This document shows, one piece after another, positions 48,597-63,325 of a stretch of 64,000 bases of DNA. Numbering within the stretch: position 1 is the first letter of the stretch; every line of letters begins with the position of its first letter. The notes beneath the pieces were generated by a model. It did not search any database and was not told where the DNA came from. It saw only the letters and a program-made list of their open reading frames with translations. Position numbers and translations under genes: made by a program. The stretch comes from Octopus sinensis (taxonomy: Eukaryota), in the NCBI RefSeq assembly GCF_006345805.1, contig NC_042998.1, forward strand, positions 80,662,001 to 80,726,000, read 5' to 3'.

Positions 48597-49575
48597 GTTT
48601 ATAGAGCGGTTAAAAATTTTCGGTATGCAAATTAGGGACTCCATCATCGAATAACTACTGCATTTGTTGAGAATATAAACAGTTTATAGAGTGTTAAATA
48701 TATTCGGTATGCAAATTATGGATTCCTGCATAGAATAACTGCTGCATTTGTTGAGTCTATATACATTTTATAGAGGGGTTAAAAATTTTCGTTATGCAAA
48801 TTAGGGACTCCTTCATCGAATAACTGCTGCATTTGTTCAGTATATATACAGTTTATAGAGTGTTAAAAAATTTCGGTATGCAAATTAGGGGCTCCTTCAT
48901 AGAATAACTGCTGCATTTGTTGAGTATATATACAGTTTATAGAGTGTTAAAAATTATCGGTATGCAAATTAGGGACTCCTACATAGAATAACTGCTGCAT
49001 TTGATGAGTATTTAAACAGTTTATAGAGAGTTAAAAATTTTCGGTATGCAAATTAGGGACTCCTTCATCGAATAACTACTGCATTTGTTGAGAATATAAA
49101 CTGTTTATAGAGTGTTAAATATATTCGGTATGCAAATTATGGATTCCTGCATAGAATAACTGCTGCATTTGTTGAGTCTATATACATTTTATAGAGGGGT
49201 TAAAAAATTTCGTTATGCAAATTAGGGACTCCTTCATCGAGTAACTGCTGCATTTTTTCAGTATATATACAGTTTATAGAGTGTTAAAAATTATCGGTAT
49301 GCAAATTAGGGACTCCTACATAGAATAACTGCTGCACTTGATGAGTATTTAAACAGTTTATAGAGAGTTAAAAATTTTCGGTATGCAAATTAGGGACTCC
49401 TTCATCGAATAACTACTGCATTTGTTGAGTATTTAAACAGTTTATAGAGGGGTTAAAAATTTTCGGTATGCAAATTAGGGACTTCTTCATCGAATAACTG
49501 CTGCATTTGTTGAGTATTTAAACAGTTTATAGAGGGGTTAAACATTTTCGGTATGCAAATTAGGGACTCCTTCAT
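48597..49575 (+). repeat. Satellite array, about 11.6 units of 84-85 bp
   Basis: Unit starts at 48597, 48682, 48766, 48851, 48935, 49019, 49103, 49187, 49272, 49356, 49440 and 49525. Confidence 0.95.
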
Positions 49576-50846
49576 ATACGTATATATCTGATCGGTCGAA
49601 CTTACATAGTGCGTGTATTTTGGTGATATACATCAAATTTGTTGCGGATTATAGCGTCCGGAGAGAACTCCTCAAACGACGTCGAGTTTAAAGAATACTT
49701 GAATGTCATAGACCACCCAAAACAACTTGTCTCGTAATCACCAAGAATGGTAGATATCAATGTTTCGTCATTATTATGGCTTATGAGTACAATGTACTAT
49801 GGCCGTCTCGAAGTCAAGTGAATCGTTTGTCTATGGCTTATATGCAAATAGGGTGAAATCTCTTTGCATATAAGTCATAGAGCAAGGATTCTCTTCTTTT
49901 TGTTTTGTTATCCATTGTCGGGTTTGAAGCTAAATAGTCTCGTCGGTTATATCTATTTAGAATAGGATCTTTATTTTTCATTGTTTTCAGTCATTGGATT
50001 TTGGCTATGCTGGAGAACTACCTTGAAAGATTTTGCCGAACAAATTGACCCCAGGATGTATTTTTTTAAGTCTAGAACTTATTCTGCTGGCTTCTTTTGC
50101 CGAAACGCTGAGTTACGTGGATGTAGCAAGCCAATATTAGTTGCCAAGCGGTGTATGGGACAAGAACGCCGCCCCCTACACGGCTGTCTTTCAAGCATTT
50201 TCCTTCTACCAAATTTACTCTGAAGGCATTGTTCGGTTTGGGGTTATACTAAAAGACACTCGGCCAGGGTGTCGCGCAGTGAGACCGAACTCGAAACCAC
50301 GTGGTTGCAAAGCGAGCTTCTTAACCACACAGCCATACCTGTGCCTATAGATGGACAGCGATGTCGTGGGAGTCGGACAAACGCAATGACACGCGCGCTC
50401 ACACTTATTCTCAACTTGAACTTATTTTATAAACTCTGTAAGGACGAAGGGCAAAGTGGACCTCAGTTGAATTTGAGCTTAAAGCATAAATTGGAAAGAA
50501 ATGCTACTCAGTATTCTGTCCAGCGTGATAATACTTCAGCCGGATTGCCGCCTTTCAATGCGCAGATATTAGAAATAGATAGCTTAGGAGGATTTTATAC
50601 TTTTGTGCCAGAATATGTCAGGGTGCATGCTGAAGTTTTTTACATTGGCATAGTAGTAAACCTCGGACGTCATGGCGATGATGAAGATGACAAGAATCAA
50701 GTGAGATCAAGTGAATAACTTTGGGCTTTATTTGACACATTCTATTATTTATTCACTTAGTAAATACCCACATCTATTGACTATGAACGTCTTCTGTAGG
50801 AGATGTGACAATCTTGTTATATTTAATGAACCTGGATCGACATCTG

Positions 50847-50901
<55 letters not shown>

Positions 50902-50918
50902 GTCTATCTGTCTATCTG

Positions 50919-50966
<48 letters not shown>

Positions 50967-51800
50967 GTTTACAGATATAGTATAGGTAAATTCAAGAAAA
51001 ATGTACTCCACCCAGAGAAAGGAAAATTCTTATTTAATACACAATTACGGAAGAGTTACAAATAGTTTCATGCTTAGCGATACTTTAAATGTGCAGGTTT
51101 TTAAAACACGCCACGTATTTCTGCATCAAGATATGATATTAGAATTAACGAAATTGTTTATCAACCTAATATACTCTAAATAATGATTATATGTACAATA
51201 GTTTAGAAATATTTGAACAAGAAGTTCAAAGTAATAATAGACTTCATGTCTAGCTTCCCTACAGAAACGATCGTAACGTCTGTTCTTGTTTACCTGACCC
51301 ACGTTCTGTTTTGTTCATTCAAAGCGACAAAGGCCACATCAATTCATTTAATTATTGAATTTCAATTCAGTCGTAGTTGATGTTGATTGCTCCAGGTCCA
51401 CCTTGAACAAGTAGGTTATTGATCAAAGGCGCTTCAAAATGTGACCATCTTGTACTTTCCTGGCCAGTTCACCCAGGTTCATATTATCCAATGTGTCATT
51501 TTCTTTCTAAGAGAGTAGAGTGTGATTTGGGGGCGATTTGGCTGGTCTTTCTTGTATATTGCATGACAGTAAATAATCCGTTGTCGGCTCTTAATGGTGA
51601 CTACATATAACATCGTCATATACTGTATAAACAGGATTGTGTATATATGAAGGTTTACGTGTGAATGTACAGAAACCGACGGTCAAATGAGAGGGGGAGA
51701 GACAGGGGAAGAGAGAGAGAAGGAAGAAGAGAGAGAGAAGGAAGAAGAGAGAGAAAGAGAACGAGAGAAAGAGAGAGAGAACGAGAGAGAAAGAGAAAGC

Positions 51801-51832
<32 letters not shown>

Positions 51833-52882
51833 AAAGAGAGAGCTAGAACAGCTGAACATTCGCCACTTTGGGAGAAACAGAGAGATAAGTACAAAAGATA
51901 GGCACTGTTACCAGCACATTAAGCTGACAACATTCAGAAGAGACAACACACTACAAATGAAGGGCGCAGCCGACACATTAAGTGTCCAAAAGCAATAAAC
52001 GAAAACTGAATGTTATTTCGTTTGCCTGATATTTGTGTTTTTATGGTATGTCGTAGGTGTTATTTCAATTTAGAAAATATATTGGTTAGCAAAAAGAACA
52101 CAGTTGAATATTGATAGGATCGCTTTGTGAGGCAATGACTATAGTATATGTCCATAAGTTTATTTTCACAAGTGTGTAATGTATATTCATGCATATGTAT
52201 ATATAGATGTGTGCGTATGTGTGTAGATCAAACAGGTGTTGCATAAAACGTAAGTACAGTAATTTAGAATATTTGGCAGTAAATGTATGAATAAATTCCC
52301 ATAGTTCATGCTTAAAAGAACTGCGTCTAATGTATTATGCCTTAGAGTATAAATGTGTGTATGTGTGAGGCGTATTTGGATCTACATACGTGAGAGTGCG
52401 CAGAATGGTGTATGTTCTTTTGGCTTATTAGAAATAATAATAAGAAACAAAAAGCAAAAACATATTAATAGTTTCAATGATGATTACAACGAGTGTTTTA
52501 TTATCAGTCCGTTATTTAATTACAGATGTATCGTGACATTCTCTCTTCGCATGATTCAAAAGTAATTCGCTAACATTATTGGAAACTTGAAAGATGATCT
52601 TTTCGATCAGATTAAGTGGGTAAGCAGCTATCCTCTGTTATTGGTTTATGAGAAATATACTTCGTATCTTCCTATTCTAAATGCTTAGGGAATACAACCT
52701 TTTACGCTACACCACATTGACGGCGGCAACGCACGTCAGGGATATTGAAAAGCAAATAACTTAGGAGTATTGCATATTGCTTAACGGAGAATTGATGTGT
52801 CCGCGCTAAAGTACCATGAGAAAAGAGATAACAATAATATGTATATACGAAATATGTTTGTGTGTGCATGTATGCATGTGCG

Positions 52883-52930
<48 letters not shown>

Positions 52931-53067
52931 TATATGTATATGTATGTATGTATATATATATATATATATACATATATATATGTATATGTATATATGTATA
53001 TATAATATATATATACATATATATATGTATATGTATATGTATGTATATATATATATATATATATACG

Positions 53068-53168
<101 letters not shown>

Positions 53169-53169
53169 A

Positions 53170-54551
53170 TATTGTGGAATGTTCGTAGATCTAATCTGTT
53201 CCAAAAGATGAAACAGTCATCGAGGTAGCATTTCCACTTTTTCTTGTCGTCTTCTCTGAAGTCACGTTCGAAGACTTTCCTTATTTCATCGTATACTTTG
53301 TTCTCAAGGAAACCCATCACCAAGTTGGCATATGAAGGTGCGAATTTCGTATCCATAGCCGTGCCCTTTATCTGTCGTATGTCTTGTTGTTAAAGGAGAA
53401 TGTGTTTTCTCCAAGTATTAATTGGGCGGCTTTGGTGATAAAGTCTGTTTTGAAACGTTTATCTATGACTTCCCTGTATTTTCTACCCATTGTTTTATCG
53501 CTTCTAGACCCAGGGTGTGTGGTATTTTCGTGTATTAGTTTGTAACATCGAAGCTTGCAAGTATGGTGTTGTCCGGAACCGAGGAAGTCTATGTCATCCA
53601 TTATGTAGCTTGGTATCAGTGGGCATAAAGGTTTGAGGAGTACATCTATGAAGTGGTTTAGTTGCTGTGTTGGTGCTTGGGGCCCTGCGACTATTGGTCT
53701 TATTGGCTACCTCGGTGACTGTTTCATCTTTTGGAACAGATCAGAAGATCTATGAACATTCCACAACATCCTCAACACACTGCACCCATCTATCAACTTC
53801 ACAATAGATACCAGCTACAACGAACTTCCCTTCCTAGCTATCAACATCAAGATCGTCACAACAGACATCTACTACAAAAAAATCAACACACACCAATATT
53901 TAAATTTCTACTCCTGCCACCCATCCCACATAAAAAGAAACATTTCATATAGTATGGCAAGACGCATATGCAACATATTGATCGACTCACAAACACGCGA
54001 AATAAGACTAAATGAACTTAAAACTTCCTACTAGAACAGAAATTCCCACTCAAATTAATAAAAAACGGAATCTCAAGAGCAATGAAACTGGACATCACAC
54101 AACTCAGAACTCTAAAAAAGAAAAACAAAGAAAACGTCATTCCTTTCATAAATACACACAACCCTGGAGTTACCAACATGTTTCAAATTATACATTCAAG
54201 CTTACCAAAGCCCCCAAATGGGAAACCTATTAAACAAATATTGTTTAAAAAGCAGTAAACGCCAAGAAAAAAACCTGAAGAAACAATTAACGGGAAAAAA
54301 TTCTCATCAGAGAATAAAACCGAATTCTTTGTGAAAGAATGTGGAGATGGTAGATGTGGGATCTACAGTAACTCCATCTACAAATATATAGAGGAAAACA
54401 AACAAATAAAGTTTAAGAGTGGTCACACATTCTAAGTAAATGCAGACATGAATTGCAAGACGCAGAACGTAATATATTGCATAACCTGTTCCACATGCAA
54501 AGAGAATTATATAGGTGAAACTGGAAATTCTTTATGCCAACGAGCCAGAAT
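53170..54551. mobile_element. Penelope-like element with 5' inversion (RT core on minus 53170-53728; RT thumb and GIY-YIG on plus 53729-54551)
   Basis: Minus: RPIVAGP...KGTAMDTKFAPSYANL...YLDDCFIFW. Plus: HPSINFT...LPFL...HQYLNFYSCHPSHIK...NCKTQNVIYCITCSTCKENYIGETG. Confidence 0.88.
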
Positions 54552-54764
54552 TCGTATATGTATATGTTTGTGTGTCTGTGTTTGTACCCCCACCCTACCG
54601 TCGCCTGACAACCGATGTTGGTGTGTTTATACTGATACCGATAGAATAAGTATTAGGTTTACAAAGAATAAGTCTTGGGTCGATTTGTTCGACTAAAGGC
54701 AGTGCTCCAGCATGGCCGCAGTCAAATGACTGAAACAGATAAAAGAATAAAAAAACAATATATT

Positions 54765-54807
<43 letters not shown>

Positions 54808-55242
54808 ACACACACACATGCACACACACATACACACACGATGTGGTGCATTCCAGAAGTTTTGAGGTTCTTTTTAGGTACAGTCACTTAAAGAGAAAGC
54901 TTCGTGTTGTAAACGCGCGTTGAGTTTTGCTTCTCGTTTGACACCAAAGAGAGATCTTATTTGGTGAGGTGGAGCAATACTCCAGATAACTGAGGAAACA
55001 AATATCTCCTATATTGTTTCTTACTTTGTCGTCCTTGATGGTTTTAGAATCATCTGGTTGCCATCTGTATGCTGTTGCCACTCTTGTTAAATAAGAAAAC
55101 AACGACAAAAAAAAAAAGAAAAAATAACTTCTTTCTTCTGAAAATTGAGTAAACAGCTCACCAAGTATAATAGATAATGTTGTTGAAGAATTTTGGAACA
55201 GCGATTACAAAGAATAAGTAACAAACACTAAAAAAAAAGACT

Positions 55243-55557
55243 CCGCCGGTTACGACGACGAGGGTCCCAGCTGATACGATCAACGGAACAGCTTGCTCGT
55301 GAAATTAACGTGCAAATGGCTGTGCATTCCACAGACACGTGTACCCTTAACGTAGTTCTCGGGGATAATCAGCGTGACACAGAGAGTGACAAGGCTGACC
55401 CTTTGAAATACAAGTACAACTCATTTTTGCCAGCTGAGTGGACTGGAGCAACGTGAAATAAAGTGTCTTGCTCAAGGACACAACGCGTCGCCGGGAATCG
55501 AACTCACAACCTTACGATCATGAGCCGAATGCCCTAACCACTAAGCCACGCGCCCTC
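55243..55557 (-). mobile_element. Full-length family C SINE, CpG-intact, 13-bp TSD
   Basis: taacaaacactaa occurs on both sides (near 55220 and 55562); A and B boxes intact. Confidence 0.88.
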
Positions 55558-55929
55558 ACTATAACAAACACTAATTTATAACATATACACAATATATCAG
55601 ATATTTCAGAAAAGGGAACATCATGCTGTTGCACATTTATGCTTTTCTCCAGAGCATTAGCAACGTAATTTAAATGGGCTGAGTTGAATCAAGGAATTGA
55701 AACCTGTTTGAAGATGCGGTTTAGCAAGAGATTACTACTTGCTAAATACACTCATGGTTTTCGTTTATCTTTTATCTTTTATTTATTTCAGTCATTAGAC
55801 TGCGGCCATGCTGTGGCACCGCCTTGAAGAAGTTTTTTTTAAAGTTTGGCAATTATTCCTTGTCTTTTGCCGAACCGCTAAGTTATAAGGGCGCGAACAA
55901 ACCATCACTGGTTGTCAAGCGGTAATGGA

Positions 55930-55998
<69 letters not shown>

Positions 55999-58077
55999 TA
56001 CAATAGGCTTCTTTTAGTTTCCGATTATCAAATCCACTCAGAAGGCTTTATTCGGCTTGAGGCTGTAGTTGAAAACACTTTCCCAAGGAGCCACGCAGTG
56101 GGACTGAACCTGGAACCATGATGTTGGGAAACAAACTTCCTACCAACTTTATAACTTCACAGTAATATCGGAAATTTTAAGAACATCATAACACATCTAT
56201 TCATTCTCAATACGTCTTGGCTGATTCGAACATGAGTATCTGACCGCTGTCGGTTTTCATCATCGGAGAACATCTCCTCCATTTAGAAGATCTATGTTAA
56301 TAACACGCGATTCACCGGTGAAAGGAGACATTGAGTCACTGCGGTGTTTTGACCTAATTGTGAATCTCCTCAGACAAAGCTACTTCATCGGATCGATCAA
56401 CTGACAATGGTACAAGTTCTTGTTCATAGTAATCAGCAAAACATTATTTACCAATGCGTGATAATATCTGTCGAACATTAACTAACATGATGTTCATGCA
56501 GACCAGCGGGAACCTAAACGGTGGCGTATCTATTCATTGTTAATAGGTTTTGGCAGATTCAAATATAAATATTCTGATCACTGGTGCTTTTCGTTATTGG
56601 TTGAGCTTGCACCTCACGAATTATTAAGAAATTTGTTTTCCTAGATTCATCAGGATTTGTTCAAATTTGAAATTTTTGAATTAATAAAATCAAATCAGCA
56701 AGAACGGAATCGAAAAATATCGAAAATTGAAATTAATCTTGTAATTCCTGTTGATTTCTATTGAAATTAAAATTTCAACTCAACTGCCTAAAAATTAAAA
56801 ACACACACACACACCACACACACACACAAAAACGGTTTAATATGGAATTTCTTTATTAGATATTTGTTTAAAGGGTGATGGATTGGCTGAACCATTAGAG
56901 CCTCAGCAAACAATACTTTGGGGTATTTGTTTCGAGCCACTGAGTTTTGAGTTCAAATCCCGCCGAAGTCAACTTTGTCTTTCATCCTTTCGGGGTCGAT
57001 AAAATAAAATACTGGTTAAGTAATGGAGTCGATGGTTTCTACTAATACCATTCCTCTGAAATTGTTGGTTCTGGGCCTAAATTAGAAATCCTTTTGTCTC
57101 AGTAATTAGGCTGTTGCCATGCCGGGATACCGCCTGGAAGAATTTTAGTTGAATGAATCGACTCCAGTACTTATTTCTATTTTTTAAAGTCTGGTATTTC
57201 TTATATCGGTCTCTTTTGCCGAACCACTAAGTTACGGGGACGTAAGCAAACTAACGCCAGTTGTCAAATGGTGGGGTGGGGGTTAAACACACCCACATAT
57301 ACGACGGGCTTCTTTCAGTTTCCGTCTACTAAATCCACTCACTTTGGCCGGCCCGAGGCTATAGTCGAAGATACTTGCCCAAGTTACCATATAGCAGGAC
57401 TGAACCCGGAACAATGTGGTTGAGAAGCAAGCTTTTTACAACACAACCACGCCTGCACTATTACTACATATTTTTTAAAGGGTATTGGATTTGCCAAATT
57501 GTAAGAGCGCCGGAAAAATGCCTTCCAATATTTCTTTCGAGTGTTATATTCTGAGTTCCCATCCTATCGATGTCAATTGTGCTTGAAATTCTTTCGGAGG
57601 TCGGTAAAGTGAAGTACCAGTCAAGTACAGGTATTGCATTTGAAGGAGAGGTTAGTCGACTTGATTGACTAACTTCTCCCTTATATTATAGTTCTGGTTG
57701 ACTATATCAGAAACAAAAGGGATTCCATAAAATCGTCATATGCGCGTTGAGCAGCGAGAATCAAAATGGTGGCTAGCAAATTTATCTATATGGCCCCGTA
57801 TATTCGAACAGGAATATGCTAATCGCTATAGCGCTTTGTAACAGAACAACTTCTTCATGACAAATGCACGTTCATATTCATATTCGAATGTGTCTGAACC
57901 TATAAGGAATAAATATGCAAATTATTAGATATTTTCACCCAATTTGGTTTACGACAACATCTGAAGTTTTAACAATTTTAAATTAAAAATAAAAATAATT
58001 AAAAAATAAGGGAGAAAACAACAAACACAAGGGTATTTTTATCCCATCTTTTCCTTTCAAATAATCTTAAGAATGGA

Positions 58078-58108
<31 letters not shown>

Positions 58109-58135
58109 AGGAGGAAGAGAGAGAGAGAAGGAGGA

Positions 58136-58174
<39 letters not shown>

Positions 58175-61100
58175 CATGAAGTATAAAACCTTTCTTTTCC
58201 CTTGTTATAACAATGGGAATACACGTTTGTAGAGATGACATAAGCACTGACGTTATTTTGGGTAACCATTCACTAACGACTGTTCAGTTTTTGCACTTGT
58301 TCTGAACATTCTGGCCTTCGGTTATCCATCTGTTATCCACACACTCCTTCTCTTGAATTTTGCTGTTGGCACTATATTGGCTTCTCTCCTTTGTTTTTAT
58401 CCGATTCTTGTTGAAATCGTTTTTTCAGTTGGAAAAACTATTTGAGCAAAACTGTTTTGTTTTGTTCAAAGAAATGTTTTTCACTTTTCATGATGACAAA
58501 TTTAACGAGAATCTCTTGTCTTAGGCAATTCTTCATTTTTTTATAGTATATTTATTTTTTTTATAGTATATTTAAAATTATTTTATAGTATATTTATGTA
58601 ATATTTGTTTTCTTTTTTCCTTTGTGTCTTTTAGTTATAGATTCCATCAAAGATCGAAAGCTCTTTTTTGTTTTCAATCTTTCTATGTAACTTTTCCACG
58701 TTGCTTTTTTATTATTTAGGAAGGGAAGGATAGGTTATATCTATGACTCTTTACAAGGCCTTCAAGACTGATAGAGGGGTTGAAGGACGGATGGTATTCT
58801 CAAGGCAGTGACCTAATTCAAATGCTTACAGTAGAATAAACACCCACAAAGTCACTCAACGACCATGCGGTGGTGTTAATCTGGGTAATGGATTAAGCCT
58901 GTTGTCCAAATAGTCCATGGTAGGATTTGAACTCAGAATGTAAATATCCGGAACTAATAGTAAATACTCTAATGATTGATTCCTCTATTCAATCAATTTG
59001 ACTCGTACTTTATTTATCGATCCTGGAAAGATGAAAGACAAAGATAGCTTCGATGGGATTTGAATGCGAAAGCAAAAAAAAAAAACGGGATATATAACGC
59101 AGTAAAGCAGCTCAAGTGATTCCCTGTCTGTTTGTTCCGGACTACACATTTCTATTTGAGTAGATCTGACAGACTCACTTTCCTTTATGATTACTTAAGC
59201 AGTTGAATACCTCTATTCTAGTGACATTGATAATCAAATCCGTTTTTATTTTTCTCTGTCATCCATGTTGTTTTTTCCATTTGTTGTTGCTTTTCGGCTG
59301 TACAAGAGAAAAATATCCTTTGTGTGTTTCTTTTTTTTGTGTCATTCATTGGACCGAAATAGTTATGTCTTTTTAAAGTCTAGTACATGTTCTATCGGTC
59401 ATTTTTTCCGAATAGATTGTGAAGTGGTTTGCGCATGCGACACACACACACACACACACCACACACACACACACACACACATTTAGAGATATATATGACG
59501 AACTTCCATGCATTTTCTATCTACTAAATTCACTCGCTTGGTGTTGGTCGACCCAGGGCTGTTGTAGAGAACACTTGCTCAAGGTGCTCTGGAGTGGAAC
59601 TGACCGAAACTATTTGATCGAAAAGTGAGCTTTTTAACCACACAGCCATGCTTGTGCTTATCCATTTACAAGTAGCTCCCTCTTTGGATTATTTTCATAT
59701 TCAACATTTATTTCTTTATTGGCCACAGGGGGCTAAACATAGAGGGAGCAAACGAGGACAGACAAAAAGGATTAAGTCGATTACATCGACCCCAGTGCCT
59801 AACTGGTACTTATTTAATCGACCCCAAAAGGCTGAAAGGCAAACTCGACATCGGCGGAATTTGAACTCAGAACTTAACGGCAGATGAAATACTGCTGAAC
59901 ATTTCGCCCGGCGTGCTAACGATTCTGCCAGCTCGCCACCCTTTCTATCATTAGCAACATTTTCTTTTTGAATTTTCTCCCATTTACTTCTCTTCGTGTT
60001 TTTAGTTTTGGTTCAGCTTCTGCTGCTCAGTAGAATTGCTTGGATTTAATTTCGTTGTTTCGTTGTTTATTTTGGGCCATTTTCTTTGCTTAATTAATGT
60101 TCTTCATTTTTTATCTTTCACTTGTTTCAGTCATTGGACAGCGACCATACTAGGACACCGCCTCGAAGGATTTTAGTCGAAAAAACCCCCCATAAAACCC
60201 CCAGTACTTATATTTTTTTGTAAAGTCTGGTTCTTATTCTACCATTTTGAGTTCCACTTCCACCCAGATCAACCTTACCTTTCATTGTTTCGAGATCGAC
60301 AAAATAATGTACCACGTCGCGAATCACTTCCCTTCAGAATTGCTGAGCTTCAACATGCATTCCTTCTTTCAAAGGTTAAATTTATATGTCCGTTATATCT
60401 TTTAGTTTTAACTATATATTTTCTTAACTTATATAACCAGTTAAATTTAGATCAAGGTTATTTTCTCTCCGTATATTATACTTGTGTGTTGTGGTCATTT
60501 CACATTCAGAGTCGCGGAGCTATGCACTGTGCATATTTTATGGAAACTCATTACTTTTGTGCACTCCTATGACTTCAGCCCTTTATAGCGTCATAATTCT
60601 TTGAAAGTTAGGTTGGTCACAACTGAAGCAAAGCGGCTTTTTACTCCATATAACAAATAATTACTATTTTATTATAAGACTAATAGGAAAAAAGGTGATC
60701 AAGTTTTATTTACATTATACAATGTATTTGATATAATTTAAATAGAGATGGTATGTAGATGCCTAGGTAACCGGTGTGTGTGTGTATGTGTTATTTATTT
60801 GATTATTGCATTGAATTTTAATAAAATCAGTTGCTATATGTGATTAAATAAATTAAACAGAATTATTAAAAATAGAGAATTAAGAGTTCATTAACATGGA
60901 ATTAATTTAAAAGCTATCAAAGGATGTTTGTATGTAGTTTAATTAAATTCATTACGGGGAAAATGCCCATTCTGACAGCACGCTGCGCATGATTTAGGAT
61001 GATAATTCATCTATTTCGGGACTGATTAAATGAAGCATCAATCAAATGCCGAGGTTGACGTAATCGACTAACTCCCTTCTACAAATTCTGAACCTTGTAT

Positions 61101-61487
61101 CAATACTAGAAACAATTATTATGTAATTTAATTTGAAGCTTTATTTTGAGATTATCTCACAATCTCGTAAGCTTATAGCAATTAAAAAAAAATCTAACCT
61201 AATGTCCGTCGAGTATATGAAAATATGTAGACAAAATCGCGCGTTAAAGAGCAGAAATTTTTAGAGTGACTCCTTTGTCTGCAAGTTGTTACTTGTGTCA
61301 GTCGGATTGCAACCATGCTGGGATACTTTGAAGGGTTTTGGTCGAACAAATTGACCTCAGTACTTATTTTTAAAACTCGGTATTTATTTTATCAGTTCTT
61401 TCGCCGAACCATTAAGTTACGGGGAAGTAAACAAACGAACATCAATTGTCAAGCGATGTTGGGTGACAAACACAGTCACGAAGTCAC

Positions 61488-61572
<85 letters not shown>

Positions 61573-61679
61573 ACTCACACACACATAGTGCGTTAAAACA
61601 TAATAAATGCACAAGCATTCGGAAAACAAACAGTCGGAAAAAAAAAATTTCTTGTTAACAGTTAAGTACTCTCTCTTTC

Positions 61680-61761
<82 letters not shown>

Positions 61762-62595
61762 GCTATATATATACGGCGAGTTTTCACAGTTTCACTCACA
61801 AGCCATTGGTTGGTCCAGCGCTATAATAACAGACACTTGCTGCAGGTGCCGTGCTGTGGAACTAAACCGGAAACTATAACGGCTAACTTCGATGATCGCT
61901 GGCATGCCGTCCCTGTTAAGACAATTTAGGGTGTCTAATTAGAAGCGAACCTCAAGGTTGGATAAGAAGTGGAACGAGGTTACGAAGAGGCTGAGAAATA
62001 TCAACTTCAAATAGGCCGAGAGGAAGAATCTATGAGAGAAAAGTCAGTAAAAGGCGTCGAACGCCTATGCCGTCTTTGTTATTGTTGATGTTGGCGATAT
62101 TTTAACAATATTGTTTAAATTGATCAAATTGACGCTTTTTTTTGTGAAAAAAATCACGAGACTTGTTATGAAATTAAATTTATTTTGGTTCTGTAATTTT
62201 TAGTTTTCGTTCTCTGTGTAGTTATGATTAAGTTAAATTTTTGTGGAGGCGTTTCTTTCATGAGAAGCCATCTTGAGATGAAATGTCAACAGAAAACTCA
62301 AACTATGTTCAATAGTTTACTCTTGATAAATAAATAATGCAAGACGAAATATTTTTCCCCTTTGGCCGTGGTTGGTAAAAAATATAAATTTTTCTGATCT
62401 AGATAAGCTGTATTTGCTCACGGTAATTTCAATAATAAGAGTAAGAAAAAGGATAGTAATAATAAATCTTCTGGCTTTTCGTACTAGACAGCCAATTTTG
62501 TGGGGAAGGGGGTTAACTGTTTACATCAACTTCTGTGACCAACTGATTTTTATTTTAGCGACTCTGGAAAGATGAAAGGTAAAGTCGATCTCGGC

Positions 62596-62660
<65 letters not shown>

Positions 62661-62693
62661 CACCATCGTCATTAACATAGTAATAATTTGTTT

Positions 62694-63047
62694 TGGATCA
62701 TAGATATAGCATGACCAGCTGGCAACAAAGTATGCGATAAGGAAGAAAGAAAAGTCGATAGACATGACAGGTTAGCTTGGGAGGTTAAGCAGTTGTGGTC
62801 AATGAAAAAGGTGGTAGTAATACCAATAATTATCGGGGCCCTGGAAACAGTGAGTAAAAATCTTGAAAAGTACATGGAACAAATATGGGCTGCAATAAAG
62901 GTGGAATACTTGCAGAAAACAGCACTGCTTGGAACCGCTCGAATACTCCGGAAGGTGCTCGAAAAATAAGAGGTGTTACCTTAGTTCACTGGTAGTGAAC
63001 AGCTGACGCTGTAGTACATCTCCAGCGTTAGAAGCTGTGCAAAGGCA
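62694..63047 (+). mobile_element. R4/Dong-clade LINE 3' fragment (REL endonuclease C-terminus) in (TAA)n
   Basis: IIDIA...KEERKVDRHDRLAWEVKQLW...VVIPIIIGAL...LQKTALLGTARILRKVLEK* (TAA at 62967-62969); (TAA)n on both sides. Confidence 0.8.
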
Positions 63048-63053
63048 ATAATA

Positions 63054-63088
<35 letters not shown>

Positions 63089-63325
63089 GTAGGTGCATTA
63101 GGCATGATAAAAAATATTCAGATAAATACATAACAAAAACACCAGGACTTACAAACACATATAACATACAGAAAATTGCACTACTAGGCACTGCACACAT
63201 CCTACGCAGAACACTTTCCATACAATAACCATCAGAGCATCACAACAAATCACAGCACATACCTAAGGCACACAGAGATGCGCTCGGTAGTGAAGTGAAA
63301 GCACGCTATATAAATAAAACTACTG
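63089..63325 (+). mobile_element. Second, different R4/Dong-type 3' fragment in (TAA)n
   Basis: VGALGMIK/..NIQKIALLGTAHILRRTLSIQ* with one frameshift; (TAA)n tail from about 63326. Confidence 0.75.

Noticed and set aside
48597-49575. CRISPR-like periodicity
   Set aside because: Units are similar over their whole length with no unique spacers; eukaryotic context and no cas genes.
51665-51998. R/E-rich ORFs
   Set aside because: (GA)n-rich low-complexity tract.
56160-56600. Possible piggyBac-like or coding remnant on minus (PFTGES...)
   Set aside because: Frames are short and stop-ridden; similarity too weak to call without a search.
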